Assembly (NCBI GenBank): GCA_036172245.1 | Contig: JAYWIR010000011.1 | Location: 372,001-436,000 of the forward strand | DNA from: Raillietiella orientalis | Taxonomy: Eukaryota | Reading direction: 5' to 3' | Length of the DNA: 64,000 nt | Part shown: positions 1 through 12,781 of the stretch, one piece after another | How the letters are laid out: each line of letters begins with the position of its first letter | How positions within the stretch are numbered: position 1 is the stretch's first letter | Notes under the pieces: generated by a model | The model's database searches: none | What the model was told of the DNA's origin: nothing | The model's input: the letters and a program-made list of their open reading frames with translations, nothing else | Made by a program: the position numbers and the translations under genes

Positions 1-605
1 TCCTGCTACCGGATTCCCACGTGTCCCGTCCCGTTCTAAAATCCTCCATCGAAAAGAACCTGAGGCTGCAGCCCGCATGCAAGCGGCCCGCAGCAGCATC
101 CCGGATCCACCTGGACGAGCACCAAACACCAGGGATGAGTGCGCCGATTCAGCCAAGCCAAGTGGTGAGCCAAGAAGCGCGATGACATCGAAGGGTGCCT
201 CAGTGACGAAATCATTCGGGAATCAGCGTTCGCTGATTCGTCATCTGCGTCCCGTTTCGAAAGCGTCGGCTCGGAACTCCCCGGGAACGTCCAGGACCTC
301 GGACGAGACGGGAGACGGTTTGCCTCGTGAGCGGAAATGACTGTCTCGCTGCACTCCACCCCTGGACCGCTGCGCTCCCGCTGAACGGCGCGCCCGTCAC
401 TTTCACGAACCTTCCTTTCCGCGGATCACAGAAGTTGGGATGCTGGAGAGGTACCATCGCGGACGACGCTGCCGTTCGCTCGGAGCCGCTTTCGGGATGG
501 GCCCTCGTGGATCCGAGCCGAGCGCATGGCAACGGATATCTCCGACCTGGGGGATTCCTAGTTGAAGACGAGACTTGGGGTTTCCACCCGGGTACGTCCG
601 GGGCG

Positions 606-2600
606 TTTATTTTAAACGTGATATAAGTGATATACAAAATATAAACGTGATATACAAAAACGTGGTATAAGGCCCCACTAACGGCCACACAACCGGACCT
701 GCCGGGACGCAGCCCGGCGTGACGCTCCTCGGCAGTGGAGGAGGATGGGGGAGAAAACAAAAAATAAAAATAAAAACAAAGAAAAAGAACAAAAAGAGTT
801 TGGAGGGAAGGGAAGGGATCACAGTCCACTGGGAGGAGGGTCCATCCTTCGCAGGGTTCCCTCGAGGTCCATCGGCATTGTACCCAGCTGGGTCCATCCT
901 GTAGCTCTCCGCATGAAGCAGACCGCATACGGGATGACGTCCCTCTCGTTGGCATCCACTCCTCCGTCGCGGGTATCTCTCCAGGCTGCCACGATGCCTC
1001 GGATGCAGCAGAGTGCTGCAACGGCTGCAGCTGGCTGCAGGGCGTCCCGCACGAAGAGAAGACGGAGAACGTCACTGGGTTGGCTGCCCACCGGGAGACC
1101 GAGGGTCGTCCCGAACCGTTCCCAGAGGGGTCGGAGGGCAGCACAGTCAACGAGTAGGTGGGGGAGGGATTCCCGCTCCCCACACCTGGCACACTCAGGC
1201 CTTACACTTCCCCGCGTCCAGTGGAAGCGGCGCGCGTTACAGGGTAAACCCCAGTGCAACAGCAGGAGAGCCGACTCTTGCCACTTCAGGGGGAGAAGCC
1301 TGGGGAGGACTTGAGGACGCCTCCCGAACAGGGGCGTGTCCTTGGGACGCCCTGCGTGCGGGAACGGTGCGAACCCCGCAAGTTTACGCGCTCGCGGCAT
1401 GAGTGAGATCCACTCGGGATGCGCGGATGGACCTGCCGTGGGGGGCGTACGAGAGCGTGACCGCGCAGCCCGCACGGGACTGCCAAGGTCCGGAGCAAGA
1501 AGGCAAAAGAAGAGAAGAGGAAGCAGAAGAGGAGGAGGGAACGCCTCTGAGATAAGACGCCGAACGGTGCGCATGCGCCGGCTCCGCTCGCCTTTCCGTT
1601 TCCCGAGGAAGAAGGTGCGCCTGCGCGGAGGAACGGAGGACTCCGGGGCTATCCCCGCTGGTAGCGAAGGAAGGAGGAGGTGTTCCCAGGCGTCAAGAAC
1701 GGGCGCGCATCGGAAGCACCGAACCCAGAGGAACACTTCGCGGCATCCGGAAGGAGCTCGGGAGGGCAGAGCGCGCCGCCTCCCCGTTCCCCGAGGGCGT
1801 TCGACTAGCGAAGGGAGCGAAACGGCTCCTGTCGGATGGTCCTCACCGGCGCCGCCGCGTTCCCTCCTCGCCGCCTTTCCCGGTGGCGGCGACCACGACG
1901 CGCCACCCCTCCGAGAGCGCTGTGGAACTCGCGGGGAAGGGGGTGAGACGAAGCCCTTCTGGGAAAACGGAGGAGGAAACATCCCAGTGCCTCCCCCGGG
2001 GGAATCGGACTTTTCCTTTCCAGCATCCCCTTGCGCTGCTGCGCCTGGCTGTGGAAAACTCCTCAGCAACCAAAGAGACAGTTCGGTCCCGCCTTCCTTG
2101 GTTTCCCACCGAGGGTGCCTTGGAGGCCATTTGGTTCCTCCCCTCCCAACAAGAGCAGAGCAGCTGCAGGGCGCTAGAAAAAGCATCCGGTGCTCGGCGC
2201 GCTCACCATCCGGTTCATCCCGTTCCCGGCTTCCTGGGGGGCGCGTCTCCGTCGGCACCTACGCCACGTATACCCAGAGGTGTCTCTTCTAGCAGGAGGA
2301 GGGTTGTCGGGAGGCGCTCCTCCCCCTCCTTCCCTGGCGTAGGTCACCTCCGCCAGCTGGGTCGACGGCACCGATAGACTTTGAGAGCTCCCAGGAACCG
2401 CGGAAGACAGGGAGGATGGGAGGAGCGAACCCGTGAGAAAACCTTGCCAGCTCCTGCCTCGACACCAAGCCGGGGTCCCTGAAAGCCTTGGAGCTCTCCA
2501 ATTCGAAGGTCTCTCTCATGGGGACAGGCCGCACCGGAAGGAAGCCGAGCGTCGGGTGACTTCCGCAATGCGTCGACAGCGGGCGTCGCTGGGGCAAAGA
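606..2600 (-). mobile_element. Decayed L1/Tx1-like non-LTR retrotransposon, 3' part of ORF2 (RT remnants, zf-RVT) plus 3' UTR
   Basis: The C-terminus of ORF 819-2258 reads LLHWGLPCNARR...CARCGERESLPHLLVDCAALRPLW, the CCHC zf-RVT signature of L1-clade ORF2. GGTG (~1990) resembles the GGLG motif. ELESSKAFRD (~2480-2510) resembles RT LDxxKAFD. T-rich 3' UTR at 755-797 and AATAAA on the minus strand at 606-611. Frameshifted. Confidence 0.75.
614..670. repeat. Short tandem repeat (4x GTGATATA-like) at the LINE 3' end
   Basis: GTGATATA at 618, 627 and 647, and GTGGTATA at 662, within an AT-rich patch next to the minus-strand AATAAA. Confidence 0.8.
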
Positions 2601-3299
2601 ACAGGAAAAGGGAAGGGGAGGCGAGGGAGTAGCGGGAGGGTCTTTCCCCTTTCCTCCCCTTCCCTCGTCCCCATGCCCAGTTCTCCGTGGATTGACATCT
2701 GGCTAAGTGCGCGGCAGATCTTCCGCCGGAGGGCGTCCAGGCCACACCTCCGGAACTGGACTGCGGACGAAGAGAGGAGGAGGACAACGCTCTGCTTTCT
2801 GTCAGCAACCGTGCGGCCTGTAGGGAGCGAGAAAAGGGGAATGGGGAGGGAAACGAGGAGCCTCCGAGGTCCGGCTGGCATCGACAATCGCTTTCCTGGA
2901 TTTCCCACGGTCTCTCCCTGCGTTTTTGCTCGGGAAAGCTCTCTCGGGTTCTCGAGAGTCCATGGGAGCGCAGCGAGCAAGGGGAGGTCCTCGAGGTCGC
3001 GCGCGTCAAGGTGGATCTCCAGCAGGGATGCTGCTGCAGGTGGAGCCATCTTTTGCCCGCCGAGGACCCGGATCTCCTCCTCGGTAATAGCAGGCGCCTC
3101 CTCTCCCGCCCTTCCGTCCCGCGGGAGCCCTGCTTCCGCCTCTCCTTTTGGAGAGTCGTGGGCGCGCAGTGGGAACCCTGCTCGGCTCGTCGGTCTCCCC
3201 GGAAGCTGCCGCCGCCGCTGCCGCAGAAGCAGCGGCTGCGTCTGGAACGCGGCGATGGGAGTCGAGGGTCTCGACCGCGCCTTGCCAGCACATCCTCCA

Positions 3300-4150
3300 G
3301 GACCGCTTCCGTCTCTCCTAGGGGAGGGCCAGGACGAGTCCCCCACCAGAGGTGACAGCCCACTCGGACTCACGAGCCCATCGCACCGGTCGTAGGCCTT
3401 CGAGAGACCCACAGATGCAGGGCTCCTTGTTTCCTCTCTCTCTCGCCTCGGTCGCAGAGGGAGGGAGGCAAAGGGGGGGAGGGAAAGCAAGGAGAGCTGA
3501 GGCTGGGTCCGTCACCAGGGAAGTCGCAGCCCTGTGCCCCGCTACAGCCCTTTACAGGGGTACTGCAGGAGGCATTCGAGAACAGGTGATCTGGCAGCAC
3601 TTCAAGAGCGCATCGCCGCCGCCGGAAGTGTCCTCTCCTGAACCGCGCCCAACGAGGCGGCGGTCACGGGGCGTTTCCGAGAGAACGCCCTGACGCCGGA
3701 ACGAGGCGAAAAGGCGGGGCGTTCCCTTTGGCTCCCAGTGATCCTCCCCTCCTATCCTTCCTCCCCTCTTTCACTCTGCGGCTCCAGCTTTCCCCTGCCA
3801 TCCTTCCCTCGTTTCCCGGAGACCGCGGGATTCTAGATACCCCTTCCTTCCCCCCCCCCCCCAACCCTCCCACCCTAGACAGCCGCGGGGACAGAAAATC
3901 TGGCATGAGGGACGGAAGGAGAGTGGAGGGGTCTTTCCGTTGCCCCTTCGTTTCCCTTCCCCCTATCAGTTCTTTGCCCCAGAGGCACTCGCTGTCGACG
4001 TTTCGCGGACGACACCCTGACGCTCGGCTGCCCCCGTGCGGCCTGCCCCGTGAGAAGGGCCTCCAACGTCCTGTTGCCCTCGAGGTAGGAGCTGACGGAA
4101 TTCTCGGGCTGGTCCACCAACGTCTTTCCCGACCTCAGATCATCATAGAA
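3300..4150 (-). mobile_element. Decayed LINE reverse transcriptase fragments
   Basis: SVGLSKAYDRCD (~3380-3415) resembles RT motif sxDLSKAYDRV. SSYLEGNRT...RVPLG (~3975-4095) resembles SYLxxR...GVPQG. The order suggests more than one copy. Confidence 0.5.
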
Positions 4151-7100
4151 GCGGTCAGCGACTGGCTCCTTGGGGCACTCGCCACCGTCGCGAGACCGTC
4201 GCGAGAGCTCTCAGGAGGATCCTGGAAGCTATCTCCCCGCTTCCTCCCTTCCTCCGGGAGGAAGAAGGACCACATCGCCGGCCGGTCGATCCCTGGACGG
4301 AGGAAGGGTTCGTGTCGCTCCGCTCGGGGGCGAAGGGGGCGCGCGCACGCGTTTGGCATCACCCTGCGGAGGGCGACAACCGCGCCCTCGCGGAAGGTGA
4401 TGGGGTGCTTGAAGCGGCGGGCGTGTTCTTCCGTAGGGAGGGGCCCGGGGAGGAGGGAAGGAGAAATCTCGGTCCACGCATCGATGTCTCGGAATCCCCA
4501 TGACGACCACGAGTGCTTAGCAGCCTGCAGATCGATGGCTTTTCCGGTGCAGAAGCGTCCTCTGGGAGGATAGCCGAGGAGCTTCTGCCGCGGGTGTGAG
4601 CCGCCGGTGTGTGTTGGAGGAGGGGGAGGGGAGGAGAGAGAGGTCCCTGGCCGCCTGGAAGGGATACGTGCTGGCTGCCCACACGGCATCCTGCATGCGT
4701 GCGCATTTTTCTGTCCTTCCCGGTCCGCGACGAGCGACTCGGATGGAAAACGCGTTGCCATGAGAGTCTTCCGGAATGTGTCCTTCCTTACCCCCCACCC
4801 TGTAGAGGTCCAGGAACCTCCACGGCTGCGGCCGCTCGGCCCGCCCTGCATGCGAAAGGGGGCGGGAGACGCCCTTTCGGAGAAGTTTTTCATACAGGCG
4901 CGCCTCCCCGTGCGCAGCATCCGGAGCTCTCTCGGCTGGCGGGCCAAAGGCGCCGCTCGCTCCGTTCCCTCAGAAACCTTCATCCACATCCCACTCGGGC
5001 GCCATCCGGGCGGAGAGAACGCTCTTCCCGTCCCACGCCTCCGTTCCACTCGGCGCAGTCCTGCTGGGGTGCTCTCTCCCCGACGTGCCCCTCCGAGGTT
5101 CCCGAAAGGTTTGGACTTCTTAGGAAAGCACGCCGTTTCCCAGGAGATCGGGCGTTTGCGCAGACACGCGCGGGAAGGGACGCAGGGCATCATCCCACGC
5201 GTCGTTGCCGCGCCACATTGCTGACGCGGAAAACTCGCGCGTGCGGGCGAACTAGGAAAGGAGGAATCTCGGAATCGTCCATGACACCTTCCGCGTTTCC
5301 ATGGATGGTCCAAGTTCCGGATGCTTTCAGGAGTCCCGGTGGGCCGCTCCTCAAGCCCTCTCGGGATCCGACCTCCTTCTTCCGGGGACGATCCGTAGGG
5401 CAAGAGGATTTCTACGCGTCCTCGACTTCGAGCTGAGAAGTCGAGGGCATAGGAAGGAGGTCATCACATCCAAGGGACTGGTGCCTCGAGCGACCGGGCG
5501 GGCCGTCGGGAGATGGTCGCCGTCCAGAGAGGAGGGAGGTCAGTTGTGGGCAAGGAGAGAGACCACCACTGCCGGCTCTTTCGGGAACAACCGGCAGCGA
5601 ACGATCCCGAGCCTCCGTTCCCAATTTGATCTTAGCCAAAAGGCCGAGAAGCGACCTCCGTTCCCAGGGGAAAAGGGCCGAACCTTCCTGCGGTCGGGAA
5701 GCTTCGTCCCCCAAGCGCGTTGCCACGGCAACGAGCGGAGGCAGGCGTTCGGCGGCAGCGCTTTCGGCGATGTCTGAGCCCGTGTCACGTTCAAGCCTCT
5801 GGTCAGTGTGTCCAGCACCGTCCAGATCCAGATGGTGTTGCTTCTCTGCGGCTTCGGGGGAGGAAGAGCTCTGCCTGCGGGTCCAGGTGAGGAGGTTCCC
5901 CCGAGAGAAGCTGCAGGGTGGAGCGGCGCCTCTTCCGGTCGGATCGATCGAAGCCGTGCGTCGGCGGAGACGGAGCGCACGCGAGGGGGGGAAAGGGGAG
6001 GTCCAGAGACACCCATATTTCTCCTCGTACTGGTCTGTCCGGGAATGCTCAGCACCGCGGAGCCGAAAGCTTCAAGCGGTGCGCGAGCAAAAGAGAAAGA
6101 TGGGAGGAGGGGGGAGGGTGAAGGGAGCCGCCACGACCTTGGAGATCCGACTCTACTCACAGCGGCGGGAGCATCCCTTGGGGAGGGCGAATCTCGGGCG
6201 TGGCTGGAATGGCCAACTCAGACGAAAGGAAATCAGGGAAGGCCGCGCCCGTCCCCGACGTGAAGGCGGGACTGGCCGGTGGCGGTGGCGGCAGCCGAGA
6301 AGACGGGAGGGTGCACCGAGACGAGACTCCGGGACGTAGCAGTGGCAGCCGATCCTCATGAGGGAAGCGGGAGAGGGGAATGCGCCCTCTTGCAAGAAAA
6401 GATTTATTTCCTCTTTCTCCTTCCCTCCTCCCCTCCCGCGCTCCTTTCCCTTCCACTCCCGACGTGACGAAGCAGCGGTGCGGTCCAGGGATACTGGGAT
6501 GGCTATGCCGACCGCGCGCGGACTTGGAGTTTCGATCCGGGAAGCCAGGCGTGGGAAGTTACCGGAGGGGATGCCGGTGCGGGCTGCCGAAAATCGGGAG
6601 AAAAGATTTCCCTGGATGGGAAGAGGACCGTGTTGATCCAGCTGGAGGCGAAGGGAAGTAAGTCCCGGTCAACCCAGAGGAAGTGCGCGTGTCCTCGCGC
6701 CCTTCTTCCGCGCTTCTGCCCCCGTCCCCTGCATCCCCGCTGGGCCTGAGGCGCTTGGGAACCTCGCAGGAGCGCGACGGAGGGGAAGCAGGGATGGAGC
6801 CACGGGAAGAGGGGAGCGACGAGCTTCCCCCTTGGGAAGGTGAGGGGAAAGTGGGAAGGAAAGCGATCCCGAGGGCGAGATCCCCGCGCGTGTGGGGAGC
6901 CTGGCGCCGACGATACCGGCCTTGTTCAACGCCCGGACAAGCCGTGGGGCGGCATGCCAGCAACGAGGGCGCAGGCTGCGCCTTTCTGAGCCAGGACTGG
7001 CAAGCGCCAACCCTCCTCGTCCGGACCCGCCGCGAACGAATGCTCAGAAGCGCCCATCGGCCAGCCTCCACCGCGATTCCCGGTTTCTCTCCGGGACTTG

Positions 7101-7739
7101 CCTTCCGCCGAAATCCGGACCGCTCCCGAGGACGCGGACGGCCGAGGATGTCCAGGAACCGGGACGAGGAGCAGACGTCCCCAAACTCCAAGCAGCTCCG
7201 GACGGCGTCGCTTTCAGCCGCACCGGGAGCACCACTGCTCGTGGGCAGCAGTCCTGCCCTCACCACCGCTATTGCCCTTCGACTTTCTGCTCTCTCGGGA
7301 GAGGGGGGTAGGAAGCCGAGCCTTCCTGATCCGGGAGCGGTGCTGCTGTTGCTTCGGGAACGGCAAGGGTCGGCTTTCCAGGTAGTCCCGGAAGCTTCTG
7401 CGTCTCTCTGCGCGCATGGGTGGATCCCCGCAGCTGACGGTCCCGGGATGGACGGATGGACGGACGGGCGGTCCCCGCTCGGGAGAAGCCCCGGCGCAGA
7501 CGCAAGCGAGGTGGGCGGCGGCAGCAGCGGGACGGGAGGGGTGCGGGAGAGGTCTCCCACCCCGCCGCGAAAGGGAGAGTCGCCGGTCGCGTCCAAGCGG
7601 ACCTCGCGCCTGCCCCTCCACCCCCTTCCGCAGCGACTCCAGTGGCGCCAATACGGATGGGAGAGGGTGAGCGGGAGACGTACCACCGAGCTCCCCCTAC
7701 CAACGCATTCGGCTGTCCAGGAATGGATCTCCCCCTCCC

Positions 7740-9750
7740 TGGAGGACTTGTTGAAGCTGAACGTTAATAACCGGGGTCTGCAGGAGACAGTGAGCGGGAA
7801 ATCCAGGGATCCCAGACGGGAAGCAGAGCCGAGAGGCTGCTCCCTTAATGAAACCCGGAAAAGAAAAAAAAAAGGCTGCTGGGATTTATTTTAGCTTTCC
7901 CGTACTGTCGCCATCCGCAGCTGTCACCGGAAGGAGGCGAATGGATCCTGCACCAGGCGGCCTCGGCGACGGGAAGGAACCTCTCCGCCAGCACGGAAGG
8001 GGAGAGGGCAGGAGGTTGAGGCCTGAGGGCCCTTGGTCTCGGGGCTTCGGGCGTATGTGGGCGGCCAACGAACTCTTTGCGAAGGATCGGGCCGAACGCC
8101 GCCGGGACCCAGGTGGGATGCGGTGTGCTTATCTTCCTCGCGGGGTGACGACTTTCGGAGCATCCCCTCAGGAAGAAAACAACCCCGCGATAAGAGGGCG
8201 GAAAAGGAGCGCAGCTGGAGCACTCCCTGGGAGACCAGGCAGGGCGAGGCCACGGCGTCGTCCGCGGATCCCCATCCGCGTAGGAGGGAAAGGATAGTGA
8301 CGAGTCCACTGGAAAGGTCATCCCAACTCAGGAGGAAGACAGGGACCCCACGCGAGGAGAAGATAAGACGAGGCGCGCGGGAGGTGGGCGTCTCGAACCA
8401 GCCGAGAGTCCGGCTGGTTCGTTCCCTCTTTCCGTCCCTCCTCTGCGCCCGCGGAGGCTCTCTCCGAGGCGAGAAGGGAGGAGGCGCGGCGGCGCCATCC
8501 GTCCCGTGCCCTCGGGACCTCCGGGCCCGCTGCTTCTGTGCGCACGTTCGCGGCCGGAGGAAGGTCCGTCGTGCCAGTGGCAGCCTCCTCGCCACCCCAT
8601 CGAAGGGGGTCCCCGCGGCTGACCGCCTGCCCTTTACCGCAGGTCCGGTTCATCTTGAAGTCCAGGACGACTTCGCGGTCTCTGAAGGGAGTCAGCAGCC
8701 GTGGTCCATTTCGAGAGCAACCGATCCACGAGTTCCGAACCCCTTCCGGGAGCGAGGTGGACTCGAGGGTCGCCTTCATCCAGGTGATCGGTCCGATGCG
8801 AGCCCGATCGAGGGGAGGACTGCTGGCTGGTGGCCTGGAATCGACCCTCCCCGGGAAAAGACTCCCGCGGCCCAAATGCGAGATCTGCGTGCCTCGGAGC
8901 AGAAAAAGAGGGATGCCATCCCGGAGGTCGCTTGCCCCGGTCGGTCATCGGGGGAGGCTCTAGAAGAGGCGGGGCGAAGGAGTGGTTGCCGAGTGGTGGC
9001 TCTCCGCTCCGCCGCTAGAGGAGCACCGCGTCGGCGCGTCTGTAGGACCCCTGGGTTCGTGAATCCGGCAAGCGACGGCGCAACGGAAAGACTCTGGATC
9101 CCTGGGAGGATGTCGGAAAGCACCAGGAAAAGGGAATGGGGCAAACATTTCCCCAGTACTCCCGGGAGCGTGCATGGGGAACACAATGTGGGCCACTTGC
9201 CGGGATGCTGCCGACCTGAAGGCTGCTGCAGGAGGAACTGCCCTCGCCAGGATCCCCGCAGCCTCGCTAGGAGGGAGGTCCCGAAGGGCTGATCGCTAAG
9301 GAAGGGTGAGGGGGGCGAACAGTCATCGGTCGTGCTCTCCGTTGGCGGAACGGATGCACGTCAGCTCAGCGTTCGCACCTCGTGCGTATCCCTTGGAAAG
9401 ACCCTCTGCAACCCGCAGCGCGCCCGCGCGGGATCTCTGCGCACGGTGAGAAGGAAGCGCCTTCCATCTCGCGCGCGCCCCGATTCCTGCCTGCCCCGGG
9501 ACCGGCCTTCCATCGGCGGGAGGACTTGCCGCGAGTGTTCGAAAGAGGGACTGAGGAAGAGGACCGCCGTCCTTAGCTCCTGGTCCTCGATCGGCCTTCA
9601 CTTCCATTGGTCTATTCCAGAGGGGATGCTACAGAGCCTTCCTTGCCACCTTTCTTCCCCTGCCCTTGCTCTATGTGGGGCCACCAAGGCCAAGTCCGCC
9701 AGAGTTTCTGCAGAGTCGCTTCGAGGAGCAGCCGGCATCTTCGTGAAGCT
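7740..9750 (+). mobile_element. Decayed L1-like ORF2 (APE endonuclease start to RT)
   Basis: LKLNVNNRGL...SLNET (7750-7856) resembles the APE start NxxGL...LQET. PGKDSRGPNA (~8850-8880) resembles KxPGPDG. Many frameshifts, boundaries approximate. Confidence 0.4.
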
Positions 9751-12568
9751 CTAGGAAGGAAACTGGAAAGGAAGGGTGGTCACCGGTGACCTCAGGAAGG
9801 GGAGAAGGGGATGAGCTCTCCTCTCCATGGAGCACCGGCGGGTGAGGCAGCAGCGTGAGATAGCCGGCCTTGGAGGACGAAAGAGGCAAGAATGGAGATG
9901 AGGAAGAGGAGGTCCGGACGGAAGGTGGACCGGGGTCAAGACTCCTCACGGCTCGTCGGCCTCCTCGTCCATGTCGTCCGGAAAGATTCTCGCGACCCAC
10001 TTTTTCATGGACAGTCTCATTCCACCACTTGTCCTGGACGATGTCCTCCTCTTTCCTGTCCCCCGAGTCCTCTGCCTCCCTACCATTCGTGTAAGCACCG
10101 TACAGCAGCATTCCTTTTCACCTCCTTAAAGATCACCTACCAACCCACCTGCAGCTTCCGGTCTGAACCCTCTGAGAACTCGCTGCCTCTTCCCCCCTCT
10201 CTACTTCCCTCTGCTTCCCAGGAGCTTCCTTGTCCGGCTCTTTACACGTTTTCCCTCCTGTTGGTTTCCTCCCGTCCCCTCTGGCGATCCCGGGGACTTC
10301 CGATTGCTGCCATCCACCTTCAACTCTGCTCCTACGCTTGGCGCTCCTGGCGCTCGCCTCTCCGAGCACCGACTCCAGCTTGCTGTAAACCAGGAGCCAT
10401 CTCACCTTATTCTTGCCTGGCGGACTCTCTAGCTGCTGCTTTCGCCCGGAGCAGCCCTGCCTCCGATGAGGTCACTCGGCCATGGTCCGCATCATGCGAG
10501 TGGCCGTACTTGGATTGTCCCGAAGAGTGTCTCAGGCTGCCTCGGGCCATCAAGGTCTTAGGGCTGCGCTTCCTGACGAGCCGAGCTCCGCTTCCCGCCA
10601 GTGAGAGTCCCGTTTCCTTCAAAACGGCGAACGCGGGGTGCCTCGCGGAATTCGGGGAGCTCTGGACTTGCGCCCATCCGTTCAAAGGAGATGAACAAGG
10701 GAACGACCTGGACAGTGAGGAGAGTTCATCCTCCCGGCCAGTAGGAAAGGCTGGTCCTTGCGGAGGAAGGAATAGGGGTTGGTGGTGGTACGGAAAGGAG
10801 GGGAGGCAGTGGGGCAAGGTCATCGATCCGGCCCATAACGTTTTCTCAGCTGCCCCGAGGCTCTGCTTCGCTCTCCCCGTCAGGTGACCTTCCGAGAAGA
10901 GAGCGATGGGTCCGAAGAGACGGAACTCATTCAGAGAGGATCCATGGCGTTGGAGGGCCTCCCCTACAGCGGATTGGGAGGAGAGGTCCAGAATCCATCG
11001 CACCCAAAACTTAGACCGGTGGCTGTCGAAAGAGGTGCAGCGGAGGCTGTTCTGCAGCGGCAGCAGCCACACTGTTATGTAATGAGCGCCATGGGGTATG
11101 GTCCCGGCCCTCTCCTCTCACGCTGCTAGAAGGTTTGTTCTCTTTCCACAAATGCAGGAAGGGATGAGGGCTCGGAAACCACCCGATGACTTGATCCCGA
11201 CTCTCGCGTGCTGATGGCATCTGGGCGTGCCGTCCTCTAGTCACCATCACAGGGGCGCAGGACCGTTCCTCCAAGAGTCCCATGCGGCGGGAACCTCTTT
11301 CCCTGGGCGGTGTGCTCGTCCGAAGGATACAGCTTCTGGTGGCCGCGGGAAGGGAGGGGGAGAATGAGAACTCCTTCCAAAGGTGACCTCAGGCAGGGAG
11401 GGTCCCATGAGAAAATGTTCCTGGCATCCAAGGATCCAAAGTTTGGGGAAGAGGCCTTCCTGGAAGCGATCGTCCTTTTTCCCCAAGTCCCCTGACTTCC
11501 CGGATTTTCGGGAAGCATTCCCTCTTCCTCTCCTCCCCTTCCCTCTCGCTGCGATGCATGCCCCTGGCGTCCCCGGCCGCGGGCACTCCCTCCCAGCATC
11601 TCTGGATGGGGTATGTTCGAACAGGACTGCCCTTTCACCTCCTTCTACGGAGTGACGGCTCTCCAGAATCCAGGTCAAACGTTCGAGGGTGGTGTGGCGC
11701 CTAGCGTTGAGTGTTCTCCCGGGAGGCCATCCCCGTACGAATGGAAGGGGTGGGAACAGGAGGAACGCGCCTGCTGGAGAAGCTACTGCTGCCCGTGCAA
11801 GCGTCCGATGTCTGGGACGCTGCAGCAGCGCTCTAGCAAGGAAAGGACAGAAGGCGCGGAGTAGACTGGCGCCGCCGCCACGCGAGCTCCTTCCTGTCCG
11901 CGCTCCGGACGGAGGAAGATGGAGCGCGGCGTGTCCCCCTCCCCGCTCTCTGGAAGTACCCCCTCCCCCCATTCGAGTGAGCCGAAATCGTCGCGCGCGC
12001 GGCGATCCGATCTGTCGCGTGGTGCGCGCAACACTGAAGCCATGACGGGGCAGTGCCACTGAGGGACCTTCGCCTGCCCGGAATTCCCAGCGGCCTCCCC
12101 AGGCCGCCCGCGGCGCCCCTCTTCGGCGCGAAGGTCCCTTCTTCCTTCCTTTGTTCCTTTCCTTCTCTTCCCCTCGCCTCACTCAGGTGGGGGCTAAAAA
12201 TGGCATCCCCTCCGCGCGCGCTATTTTTGGGCACCGCCGCTTCCAGCAGCCGGGAACACACGGAACGATCGATGGCACTGACGCCGCCATCGCCGCCAGC
12301 TCCGCAGTCTGCAGCTGATGCCCTTGCCGCGCGACCTCCTCCCTCTCCCGCCTTCGGACGGCGGGACTCTCTCTGAGAAGGGGGAGAAGAAGCAGCACGA
12401 TAGGCCGGCTCCGGGTTCGACTCCGGGGGCCGCCCCTTCCTCCGCATGTCCCCGTCCAGGGGCGGGCCCGCACTGCCGCCGGTCGCGCGGGAACATTCGG
12501 GCTCCGGGGCACGCCAACTACCCGCGGTTGTCCGAGGGCTTTTTGGAGCGGCGCGGAAGGCAGGCAAC

Positions 12569-12781
12569 CCAGCTAGGGAATCCGGGTGATGGCGCTCCAG
12601 CGGAGCGAAGGGGAGGAGATGCTCGCGGCTACGGCGTCTGGAGAGCAGAGTTCCTCCTCCTTCTCCTGGTCTGGAACCTCCCTCCTCCGCCTCCCGTGGT
12701 TTCCTGCCCTTTAAGGGAGTCTCCGCCCACCACGATCCCCGGGTTCGGCTTGTCTTTCGACCCTCCTTCCTTACCCTGGGT
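12569..12781 (-). repeat. Dispersed repeat, inverted copy of 17189-17393 (LINE ORF2 fragment)
   Basis: ccagctagggaatccgggtgatggcgctcc...gaccctccttccttaccctgggt aligns with the reverse complement of 17189-17393. Confidence 0.8.

Noticed and set aside
614..670. CRISPR-like or prokaryotic repeat array
   Set aside because: Units are 8 bp with irregular short spacing in a eukaryotic LINE tail; no cas genes or bacterial features anywhere in the window.
12408..12430. GGTTCGACTCC B-box-like motif (similar motif at ~13538)
   Set aside because: No A-box, acceptor stem or cloverleaf; lies inside LINE-derived sequence.
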